A DNA stretch of 64,000 nt, taken from positions 30,206 to 94,205 of IMG/VR virus record IMGVR_UViG_3300010352_001575, one strand, 5' to 3'. Made by a program: the position numbers and the translations under genes. The DNA comes from a virus. The notes beneath the pieces are model-generated. The model ran no database searches. It saw nothing but the letters and a program-made list of their open reading frames with translations, and was not told where the DNA came from. Shown one piece after another: positions 1-10,815 of the stretch (position 1 is the first letter of the stretch; each line of letters opens with the position of its first letter).

Positions 1-583
1 CTTTTTCGGCTTCTTCTGCTTTGCGCTTCTCGACATATTCTGCATATTTTATCTCTCCGTACTGATTTGGCCTGACTTCAAAGTAGTCAAACAATGCCTT
101 GATGAACCGCTCTGTATACGGCGCGCGCCAGATATGTTTCAGGTAAGTATGCGCATCACTAGAATAATGGTAATGATTATTCTTGAGATGTAGCTCTGCA
201 TCCTTCTCCGTCAAGAACATACCGCGCTCTTCCCACACCTGTTGCATAGCGTGCTCGTGATAATTCTCTTTCTCGTCTTCCGGCAGCTCGTCGTATTCTT
301 CTGGGGTTAGCTCGCTATCGTCTTCAGTAGAATAATAGACTGTGTGGCTTTCATCCCCGCAGCCTTCCTCAGTCGGTACTAGCTTGCTAGTCCTAATAAC
401 GTAAAAGAACGGCCAGGCAGTACAGCGATTGTCTTGCTTAGACATCTCATCAAGAAACTCGATGATGATATCCTTGTCTGACATCGTTTCGTTGGCGTCA
501 ACGGAACGATGTGTCTGCTTAGCATAGAACGCCGCTTCTGTTTCTTTAGAGATCTCCTCTGTCGGAACTTCTTTATTTTCCAT
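1..583 (-). CDS. Hypothetical phage protein, runs off the window edge
   Basis: Hand translation from ATG at 583 with upstream GGAGG: MENKEVPTEE...EMSKQDNRCTAWPFFYVIR. Absent from the ORF track, consistent with no stop before position 1. Confidence 0.75.
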   Translation of the reverse strand, partial: MENKEVPTEEISKETEAAFYAKQTHRSVDANETMSDKDIIIEFLDEMSKQDNRCTAWPFFYVIRTSKLVPTEEGCGDESHTVYYSTEDDSELTPEEYDELPEDEKENYHEHAMQQVWEERGMFLTEKDAELHLKNNHYHYSSDAHTYLKHIWRAPYTERFIKALFDYFEVRPNQYGEIKYAEYVEKRKAEEAEK

Positions 584-1217
584 TCTTAACCTCCGGTTTG
601 GCTTTCTCTGGTGCGTAAGTTAACAGGTTTCCCGCCTTGCGAGCTATAGCATCATCTATAGCTACAACCCTATCACCGTCTCCGCACAAGAACTCGTGAG
701 CCCTGACAGCAGCAGCGCTAAGGCTCTCGTACAGGTCGGAGAAGAACTTCTCGCGCTCTTCGGTCCAGTCCACTACGCGCTTGCCAGGGTCAGTGTCTAC
801 TAGGGACAGGAAGTCATCATAGCTCCTGCCACCTGCACTATAGTTTTTCCGACCATCGACAGATTCCTCTTCGCAAACTCGGTAGTTTAGCTTAACACCA
901 GTCGCGCCGCTATGCCCGCAGTATAGCGTTGTCACTGTGTGCTTCCCAAAACCGTCATCTCCGCCACTAGCCTCCAACTCGTACACAATCACCTTTCTAG
1001 TAGCTGTCTTCTTGGCTAGTATTGCTATCTGCAGTTCCCCTATTTGCTTGTTTAACCCGTCTATGGTTTTGTCTTTCAGGTTATTCACCCCGGCTAGCAA
1101 GACATACTTCTCTGGGATGACAAACATAAACTCACCAGACTTGGTTAGGAAGTTAATCGGGTATGATTCTCTATCTCCCAACTTCCACATAAACTGAGTT
1201 TTTCCAACTTTAGGCAT
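573..1217 (-). CDS. Hypothetical protein, 214 aa
   Basis: ORF with GAGGAG RBS in the minus-strand gene chain. Confidence 0.75.
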   Translation of the reverse strand: MPKVGKTQFMWKLGDRESYPINFLTKSGEFMFVIPEKYVLLAGVNNLKDKTIDGLNKQIGELQIAILAKKTATRKVIVYELEASGGDDGFGKHTVTTLYCGHSGATGVKLNYRVCEEESVDGRKNYSAGGRSYDDFLSLVDTDPGKRVVDWTEEREKFFSDLYESLSAAAVRAHEFLCGDGDRVVAIDDAIARKAGNLLTYAPEKAKPEVKNGK

Positions 1218-1228
1218 ATATCTCCTCG

Positions 1229-1720
1229 CTATACCAGCTTTTCCCAGCCGGTCTCGTTCTGTATCAGGATGTGTGCTATAGCCACATCGTACCTATACTT
1301 CCTATTTCGTTCCAGGTCGAAGACCGTCACCTTGTCAGCACCGGAATCTAGCACAACCCGGCCCTTGAACTCCCTGGTATTTCCGCTAATCGTTATCTTG
1401 ATGCGCCCTTCTCTCAAGATGCCTATAGGGCTAGGGTTGTTCTCAACCCTGCGATTAGCTATGTCCCCGCGTATCTCTACCCGGTGCTTGAATATCTCGA
1501 ACAAGCTATAGTACTGGCGTAGGAACACGCGCGTCTTGTTAGCTACGTGGTGCCACTCCTCTGGTTTGCAATACCTGGCTATCTCTTTCGGGCCCACGCT
1601 GGTTATCAGCTTTTTACGATTGAGATAATCCGCCATATCCATAGCCGTTTTAAGCTGCTTGGCCTCGGCTATAATAGCATTTCTGGACCGACCTGTCAAC
1701 TTGTTTGTCATAGAGGTCAT
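1229..1720 (-). CDS. Hypothetical protein
   Basis: 163-aa ORF with ATGA overlap to the upstream gene. Confidence 0.7.
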   Translation of the reverse strand: MTSMTNKLTGRSRNAIIAEAKQLKTAMDMADYLNRKKLITSVGPKEIARYCKPEEWHHVANKTRVFLRQYYSLFEIFKHRVEIRGDIANRRVENNPSPIGILREGRIKITISGNTREFKGRVVLDSGADKVTVFDLERNRKYRYDVAIAHILIQNETGWEKLV

Positions 1721-1928
1721 TTGGCTGTAGGTTTATCCTGTAGCATGCCTAGCGCTTCGGCCAGTGATTCTCTTTCTATGTGCTGCATAGTAGCAACCTG
1801 AGCGGCCATGGTTTCTACTATAGCTAAGTGCAGTATTTGCGCCCACGGCGGAGCCCCACAACTACCTAACGCTGTGTGGTTTCTAGCCACCACTTCGTTG
1901 AATTCTGCAGTAGTCATATTATCTCCTG

Positions 1929-2687
1929 TTATATAGAGCAACTTTCCCAATTAACATAGCTGTCTATTTTCTTCATAACCTGGCCTTTATCGTACTTGTA
2001 GTCAGACTCCCAAATTACTAAAACAGTAAAACCACAGCGAGTTAACTCGTCTACTCTTTTCCTATCATTTTCCCATATTTGCTTGGCCATAATCTTGTGA
2101 TGCGCGATGTCTTCAGCACTATACTTCTTAGGATTTGCGTGCCAATAGTCACCGTAAAACTCTATGATAACCCCATCTCGTAGCTCTATCGCATCGGGAA
2201 ATTTCCACTTGTTGTCTTGAGTTTTTACAACATGGTCTTCCACAACACCTGAATAAACATCCTTGAGATCGCTGAAAAATTTCTCCTGCATTTTGCTCTT
2301 GTTACTTGATGCTATCGTCCCTTTTACTAGCTTACCTAATCTCCAGCTCTCCTTCATCTTATCGGCTCGCAATTGTCGTTGGTCCGGATTAGCTCTGTAC
2401 CATTCAGTAGTTCTTTTACTTTGTTCTTGCTTAAATGACTGCCTACGAGGCTTAGAGGTGCCAGCGATAACCTTGGCTCGGTATTCTGGATTCTGCCACA
2501 ACAATTTTGATGCTGCACTAGTTCTCTCCTTCATCTTAGCCACGGAGATAGCACTATGGCTTTTGCCATAGAAAGGATTGCTAGCCCCAGACCTGTCTCG
2601 GTGTTTGTTGCACATACCCGACTTGCTGTGGTCTACTATAGGCTTACTACAAGTAGCGCAATGTCTATTTAACTTATGAACATTCAT
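1929..2687 (-). CDS. Free-standing homing-endonuclease-like protein (NUMOD3-type DNA-binding motif plus Vsr/DUF559-like nuclease)
   Basis: NPFYGKSHS (NUMOD3-like); C-terminal PD...IIEFYGDYWHANP...W.ND..R...GF.VLVIWE is the Vsr-like signature. Confidence 0.75.
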   Translation of the reverse strand: MNVHKLNRHCATCSKPIVDHSKSGMCNKHRDRSGASNPFYGKSHSAISVAKMKERTSAASKLLWQNPEYRAKVIAGTSKPRRQSFKQEQSKRTTEWYRANPDQRQLRADKMKESWRLGKLVKGTIASSNKSKMQEKFFSDLKDVYSGVVEDHVVKTQDNKWKFPDAIELRDGVIIEFYGDYWHANPKKYSAEDIAHHKIMAKQIWENDRKRVDELTRCGFTVLVIWESDYKYDKGQVMKKIDSYVNWESCSI

Positions 2688-2988
2688 CTCTCCTCCCGGA
2701 TATCGAAGGTATCTATATACCTATATGTAAGGCCCTCTTCTTTAGCTAACCTAACCGCCTCAGTTGTCCAGCACCATTTCGCTAAACCCGATTTGGCCAA
2801 GTACAGGCCCATTCCAAACCCCGAGTATAGAAACACGCCCGGCTCCCCGAAACAAAAGCCTGCGTACGGCTGTTCGGCAGATATGCGTTTCCAAGAATTA
2901 AGCGATAGGTTCCAGTACTTGCCCATCAACCACTGCCACTTGCCTGCTGGTTGGTCTATGTCTCCTGGTAAACTGGTAAGCATTTCTG

Positions 2989-3231
2989 TCATTTCTCCTC
3001 CGTAGATCCTCGTTTAAACATATAGGCACTAAACTCATCATCGTCCGACCAGTCGTAATCCAGCATAGCCGCATAGCATTCCAGGTGCGCTCTGTCGTGT
3101 ATAAATTCCCGGTACATTACATAAGCCCTCTTCGTGTGCTTCTCTTCCTTCAGTATCTTCTCCCCACACCACACGCACCTGTACTCCTTCCTAGCGGAAA
3201 CTTCTTTGGTAGATAGAGGTGTCATAATCAC
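2989..3231 (-). CDS. Small Zn-binding hypothetical protein
   Basis: ARKEYRCVWCGEKI...HLEC. Confidence 0.6.
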   Translation of the reverse strand: MIMTPLSTKEVSARKEYRCVWCGEKILKEEKHTKRAYVMYREFIHDRAHLECYAAMLDYDWSDDDEFSAYMFKRGSTEEK

Positions 3232-3412
3232 TCTCCGTTCTTATCCTTGCATATTTGTGGGCGTATTATTAGCGCACCTTTAGTGAGCAAAGGCTCATTC
3301 GGTATCCTGATATTTTCCAAACGATGTCGGCAGTATGCCTCATCGGTTTCGTCATACCAACACAACGGACAGCCGTTGCAGTACTCCGGGTCTGGAAGTT
3401 TGATTTCTAGGT

Positions 3413-3946
3413 TCATATATTAACCTCATTTCCCCACACGTCCCAACCCTCTGTTTTTTGTCTTGCAAACAATTCTATGCGTGGCAAATATCCGACGAGT
3501 TCAACTATTTTCTGTCGCACAATATCAGGCTTTTTGCTGTGGCCCTCAATCGGAGTTTGAATAATTTGAAAAACAGAATTGTTTATTCGTTTTGGCTTTC
3601 CCCTAACCGCTATAAGACAAGGTTCTGTATTTCCCCTAGTCCACCTGCCAAGTCCATAGAAAGGCTTGCCATTCTTTTTATTCAGCTTAACCCATTGAAA
3701 GCCTATTGATTTATATTGAAATCCCCAAGCCTTTATAGTTTCCAATGCTTCTGGCAACATAGGGTATGTGGCCCACATAAATAGAACACAATCAGGAAGT
3801 GCTAATTCAGATACAGGTAAAGCACAAATGTCTTTCTGTGACATTGTATTATAATGACTTTCAGCGTTGCCACTACCCCCTTTATCCGCATAACGCCAAG
3901 GAGGGTCGGCATAGATAATTCCATATTTGTTTTTTGGTAATTCCAT
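3413..3946 (-). CDS. MT-A70 family adenine methyltransferase
   Basis: IIYADPPW catalytic motif, LFMWAT, W.K, G.WTRGNTE, HSKKP, IELFAR. Likely start is ATG 3946 after GGAG. Confidence 0.9.
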   Translation of the reverse strand: MELPKNKYGIIYADPPWRYADKGGSGNAESHYNTMSQKDICALPVSELALPDCVLFMWATYPMLPEALETIKAWGFQYKSIGFQWVKLNKKNGKPFYGLGRWTRGNTEPCLIAVRGKPKRINNSVFQIIQTPIEGHSKKPDIVRQKIVELVGYLPRIELFARQKTEGWDVWGNEVNI

Positions 3947-3947
3947 T

Positions 3948-4121
3948 TTAATCTCCAGTAACTCTACAATTTTTACAGCTTTTCCAAGCGTCTTCATAAA
4001 CTTCGTCGTACACTTTTGCAAAGAACGACAAAATATCTGGCAACTGGTCATGGTCGAATATACTACTATCGCAAAATTGTGTGTCAAACTTTTTTTTTGT
4101 ATTTCAGCGTTTTAATTTCAT
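3948..4121 (-). pseudogene. 57-codon ORF with an in-frame TGA at codon 6
   Basis: GGAGGAG RBS, ATG 4121, MKLKR*NTKKKFDTQFCD...CKNCRVTGD, TAA at 3948-3950 just before the methyltransferase start. Confidence 0.45.
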
Positions 4122-4155
4122 ACTCACTCCTCCCACGATATTTGGACTTTGCGTT

Positions 4156-4752
4156 TCATTTATCGCTCCTATGCTTGTTCTGCTTTATGTCTTCCATCAC
4201 ACTAAAAATAAATGTGCTTGGGCTTGGATTCAATGCCCCCCTGCCGTAGCAAGACTGTCGTACATCCTCAATCCTCGTTAGTATCTTCTGTTTCTCCTCC
4301 TCAACCCTGCGCTCAATCTCGGCGCGGATAAGGCATATCCTATCGCAGTTATTTCTGTCAACTGCGGTTGCCCTACACGGAGTAATTAGGTCTTTGCGAC
4401 ACACTTCACATAACCTCTGCTCCCACGACTGCGGCTCGGCGGATTTGGGTTGCCAGTTTCCGTGCTCGTAACATTCGTTACATGGACCGTGAGAAATAAT
4501 GGGGAATCCCTCGCTGGTTATGTTTTTGCAACTCCCGCAGTTCTTCTCCGGCTTGCTCTCCGGCAGGTCTTTAAGTTTATTCAAAACGCTTAGGAGATGT
4601 TTGGACTGATATTCTAGGGCCGTCCGTAGTTTTATAGGCTTTAACCCGCCCCTTTGGGTCAGTAAAATATCTTTCGCATCATCTGTTAACCATTCAAATG
4701 CTCTATTAGCGTGGTCCACATCATGTATTAATTGCTCAAACACTCTTTTCAT
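4156..4752 (-). CDS. Hypothetical Cys-rich protein
   Basis: Several CxxC pairs; ATGA overlap. Confidence 0.6.
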   Translation of the reverse strand: MKRVFEQLIHDVDHANRAFEWLTDDAKDILLTQRGGLKPIKLRTALEYQSKHLLSVLNKLKDLPESKPEKNCGSCKNITSEGFPIISHGPCNECYEHGNWQPKSAEPQSWEQRLCEVCRKDLITPCRATAVDRNNCDRICLIRAEIERRVEEEKQKILTRIEDVRQSCYGRGALNPSPSTFIFSVMEDIKQNKHRSDK

Positions 4753-5430
4753 TTCGCCCTCCTGTCCTGATATTTTCTGCCGCACCTACAGCTATAGTCG
4801 TAGGTTAAAAATCCAAGTAGCCACGAAAACATATTGGGTCTATTTTTAGTTCCGCAAGTAGGACACGGCTTCAGTTTATTTTCCATGCTCGGCCTCCCCC
4901 TTTGCTCTTTTCTCCTTAGCGTTAGCCAGGACCACTTCCAGTATCTCCACAGCTGTAGGCCAGGAGCCGTCCATAATGCACTTGTAATAGCACCCGTCTT
5001 CCGCCTGGCATAGCAAAGCATCTAAGCCATCATCAAGTATCCTTATTTCTTCGGGAGTCAGGTGCTTCCTGACTTTGTCGATCACGACGTTCATTAGGCA
5101 GAAGCGGCAAGTACATTGCTTTTCCTGCTTAGGCAGCACGGACAAGTTAGGTACGTCGCTGCGTATGCACCCGGTCTGCACACTTGCATTCTCTATTTTA
5201 CGGTTTTTCATCGTAATCCTCCATCAGGCCAACACAGCTAAGCAAGCCTTGCTTTGTTAGTTTTAGCGCGTGGATTTCTAGCGTCTTTCTATACCCAGCG
5301 TCAGGGCATATTTTGTTATCGTACTCCTTGTGAAACAATAGCCAAGCAGATAGGGCTGGATACATGCTATTAATAGCTTTCTTGTACTTAGGCAGCATCC
5401 TGATATCGTGAAATAGCCGCAGCAGATATC

Positions 5431-5673
5431 TCATTCTATCTCTCCCTTCACCACCTTCTCCAGTATTGCGCGCTTCGGTATTTGCATAACGCAAGATACC
5501 TGCCCGTCCGGCCTCTCAGACCCCGCCACAAAAATATCTGTCTCAGTTTCCCGGCACAACACTCCTCTGGTAATACAAACAACCGGTTCAACATCCAGCT
5601 CAGACACATCCTGCCAGGCATCGTGGGACGCACCGTCCAACCAAGTAATACGAACTGATGGATATTTGCTCAT
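5431..5673 (-). CDS. Conserved small phage protein
   Basis: VRITWLD...W...C.TRG.L...IP...I pattern common in phage hypotheticals. Confidence 0.6.
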   Translation of the reverse strand: MSKYPSVRITWLDGASHDAWQDVSELDVEPVVCITRGVLCRETETDIFVAGSERPDGQVSCVMQIPKRAILEKVVKGEIE

Positions 5674-6365
5674 TTTGTCTCCTGCATCTTCTTCATCTCT
5701 TCCCTCGCTGCTATCATCGTTTCTCCGTACAACGACCACAGCGGTGATAGCTGCCCGTTCAGCTCAGCGTAGAACATCTCGTCCTCTTTCAGGTACATTC
5801 CTAGCAAGTCGCTCCGTTGCCTGATGCTAGCTGAGACATTGGCTATACGATCCGCTAGCTTTAGGTGGATGCCAAGCGGATGGCTGCGTATCTTCTTAGC
5901 TGTGTTAACCCAGCGCTCCTTGCGGTTCTTGCCGGGCTCATTCGTCACAGCAAAGACCAGGTTAGCCACATCCTCTCCGAACTCCTTTACCAGAGTTTCC
6001 ATAGTGGTATCAGTATCTTCTAGAACATCGTGCAACCAGGCAGCGATTACCAGGATGCGCTGGTTCTCGCCGAGCTCCGGGTTGAATGTGTCTAGCAATA
6101 TCCTAGCTACCTCTTCCGGGTGGTTTATAAACTCACCGTCTCCGTACTTTTGTCCCTTGTGCTGTTCTGCCGCAAATAGCTCCGCCCACTGGCGTAGTCC
6201 GGGGTACTTCTCTGCGGTTATCTTAGCACAGTTTTCAGAAGCTAGTTTTAGCTCGTACCTGTTGCAACAGTACAAGCACTTTAGCTGCTGTCCGCCTACA
6301 CAATAGACTAGCTTGTTGCCGCAGTTAGGACACTCCTCGACTGGCTTATTATTGAACACGCGCAT
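5670..6365 (-). CDS. HD-domain hydrolase, SpoT/Mesh1-like small alarmone hydrolase type, with N-terminal Zn ribbon
   Basis: H.GQKY...HPEEVA...AAWLHDVLEDT...V.AVT...KLADRIAN; N-terminal CPNC...CLYC. Confidence 0.85.
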   Translation of the reverse strand: MRVFNNKPVEECPNCGNKLVYCVGGQQLKCLYCCNRYELKLASENCAKITAEKYPGLRQWAELFAAEQHKGQKYGDGEFINHPEEVARILLDTFNPELGENQRILVIAAWLHDVLEDTDTTMETLVKEFGEDVANLVFAVTNEPGKNRKERWVNTAKKIRSHPLGIHLKLADRIANVSASIRQRSDLLGMYLKEDEMFYAELNGQLSPLWSLYGETMIAAREEMKKMQETK

Positions 6366-7279
6366 ATCCCTCCCTTGCTATTTGTATTATGACCACTACC
6401 AACTTGTTCCGTCGTTTGCCCTGCTCAACACAAGCCTGGCTCCAAGTCATTCGCTTTCCGCTAGGAGATGTGTAGTCCCACGGACCTTCTTTCCACTTAG
6501 ACATCCAGGCAGTGTAGTTATACAGCTTCCTAAGCACCCGCTCTTCCGCTGTCATTCCATCCCCAGTAGCTCTATGGTCCAATCCCCGTCGGGCTTACAC
6601 GTGACAGAATCAACATAACAATCGGCCTTGCCTAACTGTATGTCGGATATCGATAGTATCGCGGTGAGTAATTGGTGGCCTGACAAGTTCAAGGTCATTT
6701 TTTTGATTATCCAATCGTCAGCTTCGTCATCGTTTTCCATTTCCAACCTCCTTGAGTATGGCTCTGGCTAGCCTGCGCAAGTTAGCCCTGCCGGTCATTA
6801 TAGCTATGTGGCCTAACGGATAGCCAACATCCGTAGTAGCCCACAAGTAGACATCCTTGCCACTCCCGCACAGGTGAACCTTATGCACCTCGTTATCGTA
6901 CGCCTCGTACTTCTTCTCGAAGAAGAACGCATAGTCCGACGGCTTTGACATCATATACCTCCCAGGCTCTTGCCACACCCCTCCGGCTTGGCGATCGGTT
7001 CTGCCTTGCAGTTAGGGCAGGCCGGTGTCGGGGACATATCCTTAGCATTGGGGTGGTACAGGCGCAGTATATTACTGCACTTAGGACAGCGCTCCACGAC
7101 CATAGTAGCATACAGATCGGACTTTGGTTCGGACCCGATAGTGAACTGACCTGTACCTATCTCTGTAGGACCTTTGGGTGGGTGGGCACTGTAGTAGACT
7201 ATTTCGGCTAGGTTAATTGCCCAGAGAGGGGCTCCAGCCCTTGCCATACTGCCAAGCTTTTCAACGAAATGTTCTTTGG

Positions 7280-7933
7280 TCATTTCACTCTCTCCTTTAC
7301 GATCTTAGACATCCTTTGTCCGTGGGGTCTGTAGCACACCATCTTGCAAGATTTTTCCCAACATTTCTTGCACTCCCCGCACTGCCCGTGCGTCTCTGTA
7401 GCCATACACAGATGCGCGCCCTTCGGGAGCTTCACATCGTGAGGGACGACTATGGCAGTATGTACCTTCTTATCATACTTGGCGTCCAGGCTGCCATAGC
7501 TCGCACGGACCATAACATTCGGCAGCTTGTCAAACCGCTTCCTAACTTCCTGCCAGCAGGGCAGCGCCAGTGCCCGGCTAGCAATCCAGTGTTTAACATT
7601 CGGTGTGTCTTTGCAAACGCACTCCACTATGTACGCGAAGGTCTTGTCATATATATCTCCGCTATCAAACCACCGCATATACTTAGCACCAGACTTATCT
7701 ATGGCTTGAACCATAGAGCTAATGAACTTCGGCGCCTTCGTCTGCTTCAAGTTCCTCTCTCTGGCCTGCTTCACCACACCGAACCTATAATGCCCGCCCT
7801 TCGCGTAACAACCCTGGCAGACCTGAGACATCTTACCATTTTCGATAGCCCCAGGGCAAGTCTTTCCAGCAGGCAATCCGAATGTCACAACATCTTTACC
7901 TAACTTGCTAGTCTTACCGAGTTTTATTATCAT
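7280..7933 (-). CDS. Gene product 88 (GP88)-like Cys-motif protein
   Basis: FGLPAGKTCPG...CQGCYA...RWFDSGD...C...C..C..CW; start ATG 7933 after GAGGAGG. Confidence 0.75.
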   Translation of the reverse strand: MIIKLGKTSKLGKDVVTFGLPAGKTCPGAIENGKMSQVCQGCYAKGGHYRFGVVKQARERNLKQTKAPKFISSMVQAIDKSGAKYMRWFDSGDIYDKTFAYIVECVCKDTPNVKHWIASRALALPCWQEVRKRFDKLPNVMVRASYGSLDAKYDKKVHTAIVVPHDVKLPKGAHLCMATETHGQCGECKKCWEKSCKMVCYRPHGQRMSKIVKERVK

Positions 7934-8668
7934 ATGCCTCCTCGTGTTTTTTATATGTCCTGTACAGCCTGATAGCAGCGCGGTCAAGCCTAGGCTCGTC
8001 CTCGAATGCGTCTTCTAGTACGATAAGGAACTTATATATAGCTGTGCACAGCGCCGCGTTGCTCTTCTTAAGCTGCCTATAGCTAGGGGCTTGCTTTGGT
8101 ATCATTTTATTCTCTTAGCCGAAGCCTTAAGATATCCGCTAGCTATCCTGATATGTATCTCGAACCCCTCGTAGTCGTACTTGATACCGAACGGACGCTT
8201 GGTAGCTACCTTGATCGGGAGCTCCGTGATCTTCTCCTTTATAACCTTCTCGTAATCCGCGAAGTCCTCGTACTCCTGCTCGTCCTGCCAGCGCGAGTAC
8301 AGGTTAACAAAGAAGTCCAGGTGCTTATCATTAACTATGTTCAATCCGCGGCTCATCTCTGCCTTGATCATCTGCGTTTTATCCTGCTGCACTGTGGTCT
8401 GTTGTTCTGTGGTCATTTGAACCCCGGGTGTAGAATTTTATTGAATGCCGCAACAACTTCGCCTTCTACTGTGCTTCGCCGTGAGTCAGAGTCATAGCTC
8501 CAGTCTAGCTCACAAGAAACATCATCTATAAGCCTAGACAAGCTATCAAAGTCTACTGCGCTATACTTAATAAGCTTGGCTAAGACTGCCGACATCAACA
8601 TCCCCTTATTAGGAACTAGAACCAAGCGGGCCCCCGTTGCTGCCCGGATTGCCTTATACACCCCGCCC

Positions 8669-8995
8669 TCATATTTTATATTTGGCATTGCTTGCCTCCG
8701 CTTTCGCGATAGCTGCTTTGATTTTAACCAGGCACTCGGCCTCGGGCGAATACTTCGGGTCATCGTACACATCGTCAGGGCAGTTCTCTTGCACGATTTC
8801 CTTAGCGTACTTCAGTGCTTCTAACATTTCCGGCGCGCTAGATATTAACGCTGCGTTGTACGGTGCCTGCTTAGGCCGACCCTCACAATGCACGGTTGCG
8901 ATTAGCTCGCCTTTGTGCGACACTATATCAATGTCTGCGGCATTAGCTTCAGATGTCCGCCACGGACCAGGCATATGCTTCATTTTAGTTTTCAT
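8669..8995 (-). CDS. Phage protein of the H(T)PGPW...NA.LI.AAPE family
   Basis: KHMPGPW...NAALISSAPEMLEALK. Confidence 0.65.
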   Translation of the reverse strand: MKTKMKHMPGPWRTSEANAADIDIVSHKGELIATVHCEGRPKQAPYNAALISSAPEMLEALKYAKEIVQENCPDDVYDDPKYSPEAECLVKIKAAIAKAEASNAKYKI

Positions 8996-9363
8996 TATCC
9001 CTCCACCTTTTTCATAGCTGCTACCACCATATCTCCGAGCGTGACATCATCTGAGTGCGGGGATAGCTTGCCGAAGTAGATTAATGGCTCTCCGGCGTCA
9101 ACATACTCCTTCAGTATCTTAACTATTTCCAGTAAGTCCTCGTGCGCATTGCAGGCCCGGACGACAAACTCAGCGTTGGCTATCTCCTCAGCTTCAGGCC
9201 GCTTCCCGTGGGTTGACCTAACTGTAGCTACAAACCCCTGCCACCCGGATACCTTAGCTTCCCGTATGGTTTTAATCCCTTTGCCTAGCGTCCACGGCAG
9301 CGCTGTATGCTTTAGTTCGGGTTGTCTATTACTTCCCATTTTATCGGACCTCCGTTTAAACAA
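8995..9363 (-). CDS. Phage protein of the same family, tandem paralog
   Basis: KHTALPW...ANAEFVVRACNAHEDLL. Confidence 0.6.
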   Translation of the reverse strand: MFKRRSDKMGSNRQPELKHTALPWTLGKGIKTIREAKVSGWQGFVATVRSTHGKRPEAEEIANAEFVVRACNAHEDLLEIVKILKEYVDAGEPLIYFGKLSPHSDDVTLGDMVVAAMKKVEG

Positions 9364-9795
9364 TCTTCTGTCACGATGTCTTTCTGCTCCGGCCGGGCTA
9401 TCCTGGTTATCAGCGCGTTCGTGACCCCGTTTATCTTCAGGAACTTATCCACCCGCCAGTGCCCCTGGTGTTCTGCCTTCACCGACTTCCGCAACGACGC
9501 ACCTAGCTTTAGGCTAGATATTTTTATGTCTGTCATTTGTCGCCTCCGCTGAATTTAACCGATTTTAACATCTCCGTCATCACCAACCTGGCTAGGTAGG
9601 CTATGGCGTCCTTGCCCAACATTGTGTTATAGACCTTCTCCAGCCTCTCTGATTCTTTCTTAACTCCGTACTCCGTTATGGCCCTGTATACTTCTTCACT
9701 GGTCCTAAGCCCCGAGGCAACTGCCTCGGGGCCATAAGATACCAGCCAGCCTTTGTCCAACCGCTGAGCCGTGTAATTGTATAGCATTATGTCTC

Positions 9796-10800
9796 CTATA
9801 TCAAGCTAAGCGCTACATCCATCGCCTTCCGCTTCTGCTCGCTACCGGTTCCGAACAGCACGCTATCCATCCTACGATCTGCCACATCGTCCTTTCCTTT
9901 TATCTTGCGGACGTGGTCCACATACTCGGTGTAGCCGTTCAGCAACGCCCAGGCCGTTCCCTTGATGGCCGGGTGCGTGTTGCCCTTTCCGTTCTCTATC
10001 TTCTCAAGGATAGACAAGCGCTGCGTGGTAGTGCGGGACCGGGCTACATCGCTATCACCTGGCATCACTTTCAGACCCATCTTCTCGAAGAACTCATCAA
10101 CCTTTGCTGAGTTGATAGGCGCATTCGCCAGCCTGTTGCTCAGGTCTTCGAAGAGCTTGAACTTATAGTCCACTATGCCCATAGCGTCCCGGACTGCTGA
10201 GACCTTGTCACCTATGCTGCTAGTGTGGCGCAGCTTGTACATACCGCTCCCGTCTGAGATGGCCTGGGTAAGGGTATTATTGCAAACTACCCTCACACTT
10301 GTCAAGAGAATCTTGACAGCTGACGAACCATCGTGGGAATTCTGCAAGAGCATATACTCATCTATCTTCTCCTGCTCCAGACCCTTAACGAAGAACTCTC
10401 TAGGAACCTTGGCCAGCAGCCATATCTTTCTCCCGCCGAACAGCGAGCCAACAGTATGGTACATTGCTAGCTTCTCTCCAACGACTGCATCGAAGAAGCT
10501 AAAGGCCTCTCTGTTCTGCAGCGGCATATACTTATTGCCGACCACTCCCAGAGCCTTCTGGTCGTTGTTCCGAACAACTGATTTCTTGCCGGGTATAGCC
10601 TGATAGGTGATAAGCCCAGTCTCGTGTGCGACCGGCGAATACACGGGCCTCAAACCCACTTCCCAGTCCATCTGAGCTGCTACGATTGCTTCCGCTGCTG
10701 TCATCGCGTGGTCTACTTTGCGGCCCAGGTTATGCCAGGGCGTCTCACCCGTATACGCCATCGCTGCACCATTCTTCGTAATTTCCAGTTCGTGTGCCAT
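9796..10800 (-). CDS. DUF932 family phage/plasmid protein
   Basis: MAHEL...PWHNLG...LG.VG..Y..LQN.EAF.FFD...NSHDGS...RVVCNNTL...GTAWALLN..TEY.DH. Confidence 0.9.
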   Translation of the reverse strand: MAHELEITKNGAAMAYTGETPWHNLGRKVDHAMTAAEAIVAAQMDWEVGLRPVYSPVAHETGLITYQAIPGKKSVVRNNDQKALGVVGNKYMPLQNREAFSFFDAVVGEKLAMYHTVGSLFGGRKIWLLAKVPREFFVKGLEQEKIDEYMLLQNSHDGSSAVKILLTSVRVVCNNTLTQAISDGSGMYKLRHTSSIGDKVSAVRDAMGIVDYKFKLFEDLSNRLANAPINSAKVDEFFEKMGLKVMPGDSDVARSRTTTQRLSILEKIENGKGNTHPAIKGTAWALLNGYTEYVDHVRKIKGKDDVADRRMDSVLFGTGSEQKRKAMDVALSLI

Positions 10801-10815
10801 ATGTCTCCTTTATTT

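Noticed and set aside
1717-2992. Intron around the NUMOD3/Vsr-like endonuclease
   Set aside because: The ORF directly abuts complete neighbours with their own starts and stops, leaving no room for an intron core.
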